From positions 15,000 through 78,999 of the forward strand of contig QHSQ01000140.1 of NCBI GenBank assembly GCA_003221615.1: 64,000 nucleotides of DNA. Reading direction: 5' to 3'. This DNA comes from Candidatus Rokuibacteriota bacterium (GTDB taxonomy: Bacteria > Methylomirabilota > Methylomirabilia > Rokubacteriales > CSP1-6). The translations under genes were made by a program, and so were the position numbers. Shown here one piece after another: positions 56,872 through 64,000 of this stretch (position 1 is its first letter; every line of letters begins with the position of its first letter). The notes under the pieces are model-generated. The model was given only the letters and a program-made list of their open reading frames with translations. It did no database searches and was not told the origin of the DNA.

Positions 56872-57708
56872 TCAGCCGGCCAGTCGCTCGATTGCCGACA
56901 CCTCGTCGGCGGAGAGCGTCAGGTCGCGGCTCGCGAGGTCCTGCTTCATGTGGGCGGCGTCGGAGGTCCCGGTCAGCGGCAGCATGCCCACCGCGAGCGC
57001 GAACCGGAACACGACCTGAGCGGGCGTCGCCGCGCGTTGCGCGGCGATGTCGGCGATCAGGCGCTGGTGGAGCACCTCGAGGTTGGCGGTGAGCAGCGAG
57101 AAGCCCTGGTAGACGATCTTGCGCTCACGGCAGAACGCGCGGACGTCCCGATCCCAGCCGAGGCGAGCGAAGCACCGGTTCTGCACGAACGCCGGCGCTT
57201 CGGCGCCGGTCGCCACCATCTGGTGGAGATGGCGCAGCGAAACGTTGCTCACGCCGAGAAGCCGCGTGCGGCCGCCGTCGCGCTCCTTCACCATCGCGGC
57301 CCACACCTCGGCGTCGTGCTCGGTCCAGCCGTAGCCGGACGCCGGCCCGTGTAGCACATAGCTGTCGACGTGGTCGGTCCCGAGATGCTCGAGCGAACTG
57401 GCCATCGACTGCGAGACTTGCGTGGAGAGGCTGGCCGCCGGATCGTACGGCAGCCGGTGGTCCTGGCCGCCCTCATAGGTGAATTTCGTCTGGAGGAACA
57501 CGTCCGCCCGGGTGACGACGCCCGCGCGATACGCGGCGGCGAGCGCCTGACCGACACCCGCCTCGAAGTAGTGCCGCCGTTGATTCGCGGTATCGATCCC
57601 GCGGAAGCCCGTGCGGAGCGCGAGCTCGGTCAGGGCCGGCGTCCGCTCTTCCTTCCAGGCCGTGCCGTACAGGAAGTCGGGGACGCGTGCGGGCTCCGTT
57701 GCCGGCAT
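56872..57708 (-). CDS. aldo/keto reductase
   Basis: YGTAW, GIDTAN..HY, FLQTKF, LHGP, LGVSN, PAQV. Confidence 0.9.
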   Translation of the reverse strand: MPATEPARVPDFLYGTAWKEERTPALTELALRTGFRGIDTANQRRHYFEAGVGQALAAAYRAGVVTRADVFLQTKFTYEGGQDHRLPYDPAASLSTQVSQSMASSLEHLGTDHVDSYVLHGPASGYGWTEHDAEVWAAMVKERDGGRTRLLGVSNVSLRHLHQMVATGAEAPAFVQNRCFARLGWDRDVRAFCRERKIVYQGFSLLTANLEVLHQRLIADIAAQRAATPAQVVFRFALAVGMLPLTGTSDAAHMKQDLASRDLTLSADEVSAIERLAG

Positions 57709-57794
57709 GGCGTTATTCTGCCACGAGAAGCCCGGCGTGCCGTAGCCTTCGCGCCCGGCTCGTGTTAACGTCCAGCGCGAGGAGCGACCAGGCC

Positions 57795-58871
57795 ATGAAG
57801 GTCTCGTTCTTCGAAACCGTGCGCTACCAGGCGCCGGGGCCGCTGCCGTCGGAGTGGCCGGTGCCGTCCGGCTCGTACGATCCCGACGCGGGCGCCCGCG
57901 CCTATCGCGGCATGATCGAGCGGCTCGAATACGTCGAGGAGCTCGGCTTCGACTGGGTGAGCGTCTCCGAGCACCACTACTCCCCGCGGATCCTGACGCC
58001 GTCGCCGATCGTCTCGGCGGCGTTCCTCGCCGCGCATCTGAAAAGAATCAAGATCGCGCTGCTCGGCCCGATCGTCCCGCAGAGCAATCCGGTGCGCGTG
58101 GCCGAGGAGCTCGCGATGCTCGACACGATGGCCCAGGGGCGGTTGGTCGTCGGGCTCTTGCGGGGGACGTCGAACGAGTCGCTGACCTACGACCTCAACC
58201 CGGCGGAGTCACGGGAGCGGACCGACGAGGGGATGGAGCTGATCCTCAAGGCGTGGACGGAGCCGCAGCCGTTCGGATGGCAGGGCCGTCACTTCCGCTA
58301 CCGCACCATTTCCATCTGGCCGCGCCCGCTCCAGCAGCCCTATCCGGCGACCTACGCGCTCGGAACGAGCCGCGAGGCCTGCGAGTTCGCCGCTCGCCAC
58401 CACCTCGGCTGCGGCGTCTCCTACGGATCGTTCGAGGGCGTGGGAAGAGCCACGCGCTACTACCGCGAGGAGTGCGCGCGCTACGGGTGGGAGCCGACCC
58501 CGGAGCAGATCATCTATCGGGCGAACATGCTCCTGGCGGATACCGACGAGGAAGCTCACGAGTCGCTGCGCAAGCTTCCGGGGCAAGCGCCCTTCGCGAT
58601 GCGGCCCGGTGTCCGCGACGCGATGATGACCGTGGATTCCCGCAACATCGCGGGCGAAGCGCGCTCGCCGATCGTGAGCGGCGCCCTGCCGACGACCTTC
58701 ATCGGGAGCCCGGACACGGTGGTCGAGCAGGTCCGGCGCTGTCGCGACGTGGTCGGGGCCGGTGTCATCGATCTGTCGCTGCACCCGCCCGGGTCCACCG
58801 AGCTCGAGCCGCTCATGCGCGCGCTCGAGCTGTTCGGCAAGAAAGTGCTCCCGCGCATCCGCGACATCTAG
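57795..58871 (+). CDS. LLM class flavin-dependent oxidoreductase
   Basis: VSEHH, NPVRVAEELAMLD, WPRPLQQP. Confidence 0.92.
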   Translation: MKVSFFETVRYQAPGPLPSEWPVPSGSYDPDAGARAYRGMIERLEYVEELGFDWVSVSEHHYSPRILTPSPIVSAAFLAAHLKRIKIALLGPIVPQSNPVRVAEELAMLDTMAQGRLVVGLLRGTSNESLTYDLNPAESRERTDEGMELILKAWTEPQPFGWQGRHFRYRTISIWPRPLQQPYPATYALGTSREACEFAARHHLGCGVSYGSFEGVGRATRYYREECARYGWEPTPEQIIYRANMLLADTDEEAHESLRKLPGQAPFAMRPGVRDAMMTVDSRNIAGEARSPIVSGALPTTFIGSPDTVVEQVRRCRDVVGAGVIDLSLHPPGSTELEPLMRALELFGKKVLPRIRDI

Positions 58872-58883
58872 AGAGCCTCGAGC

Positions 58884-59678
58884 ATGGCGCAGAGCGCGTT
58901 CCGCGAAGCCCACGTCGACGCCGACGGCTTCCGCATCCGTTACCTGGAAGCCGGCGAGGGCGTGGCGCTCGTGCACCTGCACGGTGCCGGAGGATTGCGT
59001 CTCACACCGGCGCACGAGCTTCTGGCGCACCGCTTCCGTGTGGTGGCGTTCGAGATGCCGGGGTTCGGGGATTCGCCGGTGAACACGCGGACCGAGAGCA
59101 TGCCGGAGCTGGCCTCGACGATGGCGCGCGCGATCGACAAGATCGGCCTCGACAACTTCAACCTCATGGGCACCTCGTTCGGCGGGAAGACGGCGCTGTG
59201 GCTCGCGCTCCAGGCGACGCAGCGCGTGCTCGGCCTCGTCCTCGAGGCGCCGGCCGCGATCCGTCAAGAGGGCGCCGCGCCGCCGTCGGGGACTCCCGAG
59301 GAGATCGCGCGGCGCCTCTACGCTCACCCCGAGCGGATGGCGTCGATCCCGCCGATCGACCCCGTCGCGCGAGCGAAGACGCAGCCCCTGGTCCAACGGC
59401 TTCTCGGGCCTCACCGCGATGTGGATCTCGAGAGCCGGCTGCAAGACCTGGCGACGCCGACTCTCGTGCTCTTCGGCACTCTGGATCGCGTCATCGCGCC
59501 GGCGATGGGCCGGAGCTACAAGGACCTGATGCCCAATTGCCACCTCGTCTTCGTGTACGACGCGGGGCACGCGATCAGCACCGATCGCCCGGAGGCGTTC
59601 ACCGAGGTCGTCGTCGACTTCCTCGAGCGCCACGAAGCGTTCGTCATCAGCCGCACGCAGACGGTGATCCACCCCTAG
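58884..59678 (+). CDS. alpha/beta fold hydrolase
   Basis: LHGAGG, PGFG, GTSFGG, AGH. Confidence 0.9.
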   Translation: MAQSAFREAHVDADGFRIRYLEAGEGVALVHLHGAGGLRLTPAHELLAHRFRVVAFEMPGFGDSPVNTRTESMPELASTMARAIDKIGLDNFNLMGTSFGGKTALWLALQATQRVLGLVLEAPAAIRQEGAAPPSGTPEEIARRLYAHPERMASIPPIDPVARAKTQPLVQRLLGPHRDVDLESRLQDLATPTLVLFGTLDRVIAPAMGRSYKDLMPNCHLVFVYDAGHAISTDRPEAFTEVVVDFLERHEAFVISRTQTVIHP

Positions 59679-60496
59679 GCATCTTCCAGCGTCGGCGGCA
59701 GCTGGCTCCATCCGGCTCGCCCGATGCGCTTGATGGCAAGAGCCAGGAGCTGGGCACGGCTCCGGACGCCGAAATGTCGATAGAGCGCGGTCACGTACTG
59801 ATGGATCGTCGCTTGACTCAGATCGAGCCGAGCGGCGAGCTGCTTCTCGCTGTCCCCCTCCAGTAGACACGTCAGCGTCTGCTGCAGTCGCGGCGAGAGC
59901 CCGTCCGGGCGCGGCTCGGTCGCGCCGACCAGCGAGCGGCCGATCAGCCGCCCGAGCTCACCATGAAAGAAGCGCAGCAACCGTTGTTCACGCGACGAGA
60001 ACTCTCGCTCTCCCGGCGCGCGGAGCAGAGCGATCACGCTGACAGCGCCGCCTCCCGGGGTCTCATACACGGACGTGAGCTGGTTGTCGATGTCGATCGG
60101 CCGACGGTAATCGTTCCAGGCAGCCGATCGGTACCAGGCAGAATCGGAGACGACTTGTCGGCGGGTACAAACGACCAGCCGGTCGGACACGTGCTGCAGC
60201 GCCTGGAAGATGGGATCGCCGCGGGGCCCCAGGTCGCGCATGTAGGCCCCGTACAGCTCCTGGCCACGCAAATCGAGGCCGACGTCGATGGCCAAGGTCG
60301 GCTCGATGTCGCGATCCGGCCGGCTCCATCGAGCTCCGCCCCCCGTCGCCGCCCGGGCACCGATGAGCCGGCATAGTCCCTCGAGCATCCGGCGATGCCA
60401 CATGGCCGGGTCGCTGCCCAGATCCCGGCACTCCCCGATCAGCCGGTAGGCATCGCGCACGTCCTGGAACCGCAACAGATTCGACTTCGTCGTCAC
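59675..60496 (-). CDS. LuxR-type HTH transcriptional regulator with GAF-like N-terminus
   Basis: LSPRLQQTL..LLEGDSEKQLAARLDLSQATIHQYV..LYRHFGVRSRAQL; GAGGAG RBS favours GTG 60496. Confidence 0.85.
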   Translation of the reverse strand: MTTKSNLLRFQDVRDAYRLIGECRDLGSDPAMWHRRMLEGLCRLIGARAATGGGARWSRPDRDIEPTLAIDVGLDLRGQELYGAYMRDLGPRGDPIFQALQHVSDRLVVCTRRQVVSDSAWYRSAAWNDYRRPIDIDNQLTSVYETPGGGAVSVIALLRAPGEREFSSREQRLLRFFHGELGRLIGRSLVGATEPRPDGLSPRLQQTLTCLLEGDSEKQLAARLDLSQATIHQYVTALYRHFGVRSRAQLLALAIKRIGRAGWSQLPPTLEDA

Positions 60497-60648
60497 CGCC
60501 ACTCCTCTGTTCAGAGGAATTGTCAGCCGCGCCGTCGCGAATTAGATCTGACAACACGCCCCGCTCGATCAACGGCGATCCTAGGGCTGTTGGTTCTTGG
60601 CAGTCAACAACCGGGAGCGGCGCGGACAAGCATGAAGGAGAATTCAGG

Positions 60649-62142
60649 ATGCACTACCGGAGTCGTTGCGTGGGGATCGGGCTGGTTCTCGCAGTGATCG
60701 GCGGTGCTGTCGCCACGCCAGCGGTTCGTGGACAGGGCAGCAGCGGCCCGCAGGGGCGAATCTTCGACGTGAACAACGAATCGGGTCTGGCAAGAACGAT
60801 CAACGTCGGAGGGTTCCCGGTGGTGGCCACCGGGAACGCGTTCTTTCGCGACCTCGGCGTGAACGGCCGGCGCTGTGTGACCTGCCACGAGCCCGCGGCC
60901 AACATGACCGTGACGCTCGAGAGCCTCCGCGCGCGCTTCGAAATCACCCGCGGTACCGACCCGATCTTCCGGACCAACGACGGCTCGAACTCCCCGCTGG
61001 CGGACACCTCGACCTTCCGCGCTCGGCGCGACGCCTACAGCATGCTGCTGACCAAGGGGGTCATCAGAGTCGGCATGTCCGTTCCGGCGACGGCGAACGT
61101 GGAGTTCGAGCTGCTCACAGTCGAGGATCCGTACGGCTACGCCGGCCACAACACCAACGGCAACGAGTTGTCCCTGTTCCGCCGGCCGCTGCCGGCCACC
61201 AACCTCAACTTCCTCAGCGCCGTCATGTGGGACGGTCGCGAGACCCTGCAGAAAGGGTCATCGTCGGCGATTCACTTCGACCTGGCCGACCAGTCGAACT
61301 CCGCGACCCAGGGCCATGCGCAGCGCCCCTCGCCGATCGACGAGGAGACACGCGACCAGATCGTCGCCTATGAGCTGGGTCTCTTCACCGCTCAGATCGT
61401 TGATCGATCGGCCGGCGACCTGCGCGTCGCCGGCGCGCAGGGCGGTCCCGAGATCCTGTCCGACAGGACCTTCACGTTCGGGGACAACGACCCGCTCGGG
61501 TGCGACCCGACGGCGACGACCTGCACGGGCTCCAACCCGAACTTCGATCCCGTCGTGTTCACCGAATATTCGGCCTGGTCACGCTTCCGTACGGACGGCC
61601 GCGACGCTGCGCGCGCCGCGGTCGTCCGCGGTGAGGATCTCTTCAACACACTCGCGATCCCGATCGTCGCCGTCTCCGGCATCAACGACGACTTCGGCGG
61701 ACCCGGTCGCTTCAACGTCCCGATTGTCGGCACCTGCACGACGTGTCACGACACGCCGCACGCCGGCGACCACTCCGTGCCGGCGCCCCTGGACATTGGC
61801 ATCGCCGAGCCACCGGTGCCGGTCGGGCAAGGCGGCGACGGCGTCCACAACCGGTTCGGGCTGCCCGTCGGGGACATGCCGATCTACACGTTCCGCAACA
61901 GGGCGACGGGCGAGATCAAGATCGTCACCGACCCGGGGCGGGCGATGATCACCGGTCGCTGGAAGGACATCGGACGCTTCAAAGGACCGATCCTGCGTGG
62001 GCTCACCGGTCGGGCGCCGTACTTCCACAACGGTGCGGCCGCCACGCTGCGCGACGTCGTGAATTTCTACGACGGGCGCTTTGCGCTCGGGCTCAGCGAA
62101 CAGCAAAAGGCCGACCTCGTCGCGTTCCTCAGGAGCTTGTAG
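60649..62142 (+). CDS. periplasmic di-heme cytochrome c peroxidase/MauG-like protein
   Basis: Signal peptide, CVTCH and [20 protein letters not shown]...APYFHNG. Confidence 0.85.
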   Translation: MHYRSRCVGIGLVLAVIGGAVATPAVRGQGSSGPQGRIFDVNNESGLARTINVGGFPVVATGNAFFRDLGVNGRRCVTCHEPAANMTVTLESLRARFEITRGTDPIFRTNDGSNSPLADTSTFRARRDAYSMLLTKGVIRVGMSVPATANVEFELLTVEDPYGYAGHNTNGNELSLFRRPLPATNLNFLSAVMWDGRETLQKGSSSAIHFDLADQSNSATQGHAQRPSPIDEETRDQIVAYELGLFTAQIVDRSAGDLRVAGAQGGPEILSDRTFTFGDNDPLGCDPTATTCTGSNPNFDPVVFTEYSAWSRFRTDGRDAARAAVVRGEDLFNTLAIPIVAVSGINDDFGGPGRFNVPIVGTCTTCHDTPHAGDHSVPAPLDIGIAEPPVPVGQGGDGVHNRFGLPVGDMPIYTFRNRATGEIKIVTDPGRAMITGRWKDIGRFKGPILRGLTGRAPYFHNGAAATLRDVVNFYDGRFALGLSEQQKADLVAFLRSL

Positions 62143-62280
62143 CGCGCGAGGCGTGAGTCCGAATCGGGCTGAGCGCGATCGCGCCAACGGCGTATAATCG
62201 GGCACCGTTTCCTCGGAGCTCCACACGAGATCGCGAGAGCTGGCTTTACGCGGCCCTCATGGTCGATGAGGAGGATCGGT

Positions 62281-63840
62281 ATGGCCCGCTGCTCGTCGCT
62301 GATGCCTGCCGTCGCGCTCATCCTGACCCTCGTGCTCCCCGCATCGGCCCAGGCGCCGGCACGTTCCGAGACGCCCGTGGGGCGCTCGGAAGCGCCTGTG
62401 GGGCAAATCACGTTTGCCGTGACGGTCACGCTCGCGCCGACCTGGTTCGATCCAGCCGAGACCCCCGGGGTGATCACGCCCTTCCTGACGCTCTACGCGC
62501 TCCACGACGCGCTCGTGAAGCCGATGCCCGGCAACGCGTGGGCGCCGAGCCTGGCCGAATCGTGGACGGCGTCGAAGGACGGGCTCGCCTACGAGTTCGT
62601 GCTGCGCAAAGGCGTGCGCTTTCACAACGGCGATCCACTGACCGCCGACGACGTGAAGTTTTCCTTCGACCGCTACAAGGGCGGCGGCGCCAGCACCTTG
62701 AAGTCGCGCGTGGCGGCGGTCGAGATCGTCGACGCTCAGCGCGTTCGGTTTCGGATGAAGCAGCCGTGGCCCGACTTCATGACGTTCTACGCGACGCCCG
62801 CCACCAGTGCCGCCTGGATCGTGCCGAAGAGGTACGTCGAGCGTGTCGGCGACGACGGCTTCAAGAAAGCGCCGGTCGGCGCCGGGCCTTACCGGTTCGT
62901 GTCGTTCAATCCAGGTGTCGAGCTGGTCGTCGAGGCCTACGACGGCTACTGGCGCAAGACACCATCGGTGAAGCGCGTCGTCCTCAAGTCGGTGCCCGAC
63001 GAATCGACTCGCATGGTGATGGTCAAGCGCGGCGAGACCGACATCGCCTACGGCCTGCGGGGCCCGGACGCCGAGGAGGTGAGGCGTACGCCGGGCCTCG
63101 CGCTCAAGGTCGTGCTCCCCACCGTCAGCCAGTGGCTCGTGTTCACGCAGCAGTGGGACCCGAAGTCGCCGTGGGCCGACCAGCGCGTGCGGCTCGCTGC
63201 GAACCTCGGCATCGATCGCAAGACGTTCAGCGACGCCGAATATCTCGGGCACGGCCGGCCGGCGCCGAGCATCATTCCGCGCGATTTCGAGTTCTACTGG
63301 GCGCCGCCCGCGTATCCGTACGATCCGGCGCGCGCGAAGCGGCTCCTGACCGAGGCCGGCTATCCGAAAGGCTTCGACGCGGTCGAGGTCGCGACCGACG
63401 CGGTGTTCGCGCCGGAGGCCGAGGCTGTCCTGAACGGGCTCCAGTCGATCGGCATCCGCGCGCGGCTACGCCCGATGGAGCGCGCGAGCTTCTACAAGGC
63501 AGATCAAGAAAAGCAGTTCAAGTATCTGGTTCGCGTCGGCAGCGGCGCCGCGGGCAACGCGTCGACGCGGATCGAGGCCTTCGTGATCTCCGGCGGGATT
63601 CGCTCCTACGGCGGCTATCCCGACATCGACGCGCTCTTCCGCGATCAGGCGGGCGAGATGGACGCCAAGCGTCGCGAAGCTCTCCTGTACCGGATCCAGC
63701 AGCTCATGTACGAGCGCGCGATGTTCGCGCCGATCGTGGAGCAGGCGGGTCTGATCGGCGTCGGAACCCGGTTGGCGGAGGTGCCCACGATCACCGGCCA
63801 CCCGTTCATCTCGCCCTATGAGGACCTCAAGCTGAAGTAA
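62281..63840 (+). CDS. ABC transporter substrate-binding protein, family 5 (peptide/nickel)
   Basis: SLAESW, LRKGVRFHNG..TADDVKFS, PVGAGPY, YDPARAKRLL; GAGGAGG RBS. Confidence 0.93.
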   Translation: MARCSSLMPAVALILTLVLPASAQAPARSETPVGRSEAPVGQITFAVTVTLAPTWFDPAETPGVITPFLTLYALHDALVKPMPGNAWAPSLAESWTASKDGLAYEFVLRKGVRFHNGDPLTADDVKFSFDRYKGGGASTLKSRVAAVEIVDAQRVRFRMKQPWPDFMTFYATPATSAAWIVPKRYVERVGDDGFKKAPVGAGPYRFVSFNPGVELVVEAYDGYWRKTPSVKRVVLKSVPDESTRMVMVKRGETDIAYGLRGPDAEEVRRTPGLALKVVLPTVSQWLVFTQQWDPKSPWADQRVRLAANLGIDRKTFSDAEYLGHGRPAPSIIPRDFEFYWAPPAYPYDPARAKRLLTEAGYPKGFDAVEVATDAVFAPEAEAVLNGLQSIGIRARLRPMERASFYKADQEKQFKYLVRVGSGAAGNASTRIEAFVISGGIRSYGGYPDIDALFRDQAGEMDAKRREALLYRIQQLMYERAMFAPIVEQAGLIGVGTRLAEVPTITGHPFISPYEDLKLK

Positions 63841-64000
63841 CCCGGGCACGTACGACCGCGGGACGCGGCGTTATCGGTAAACCACCGAGGCGAACCGCGT
63901 AATTCCGGGACGGCGCGAGGCGTCGCCTCCGCGAGTCGACGGTCAGCCCCAGGGCTTCGAGTGTCTCCACTCCGAGAATGGGCTCGACGACACCGCCGAC
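63827..64000 (-). CDS. 3' end of a clan AA aspartyl protease-like gene (partial, enters from the right edge)
   Basis: EPILGVETLEALGLTVDSRRRRL, the typical C-terminal LG-hydrophobic motif. Confidence 0.6.
   Translation of the reverse strand, partial: VGGVVEPILGVETLEALGLTVDSRRRRLAPSRNYAVRLGGLPITPRPAVVRARVTSA

Noticed and set aside
56872-56874. Second selenocysteine codon at the reductase stop
   Set aside because: It is at the natural C-terminus of the aldo/keto reductase, not a catalytic Cys position, and no convincing SECIS follows
1-64000. tRNA, rRNA, prophage, integrase, transposase or defence systems
   Set aside because: No supporting motifs or cloverleaf structures seen by eye; a tRNAscan/Infernal run would be needed to exclude small RNAs formally

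Overview
High-GC bacterial chromosomal window with no rRNA, tRNA, CRISPR or transposase that I can support. The many LLM monooxygenases, amidohydrolases, amidases and family-5 SBP are suggestive of Ca. Rokubacteria/Methylomirabilota (inference only). About 55 intact genes, mostly catabolic or accessory. Clear highlights: (1) a Tat-exported selenocysteine formate dehydrogenase operon (fdhD-fdnG[UGA 20303 plus SECIS]-fdhE-fdnH-nrfD); (2) an E1beta-threonine aldolase-E2 cluster lacking E1alpha; (3) an AroA paralog with a changed shikimate-3-phosphate pocket; (4) a condensation-domain/halogenase/methyltransferase mini-cluster; (5) a sigma54 module with a sensor-less activator; (6) a GTAG/GGAG REP-like hairpin family in three places. 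Features missed by the ORF track include a 19-aa poly-Lys ORF coupled to an Uup-type ABC-F and a 35-aa His-rich ORF. Several genes are broken by internal deletions or inversions. The most striking is a phospholipid methyltransferase whose two internal segments are each inverted in place with near-blunt joins; an MmgE/PrpD gene has a template-switch inverted duplication. These lesions may be real end-joining scars or amplification/assembly chimeras, and read mapping is needed to decide. All product calls come from motif recognition by eye; no searches were run.
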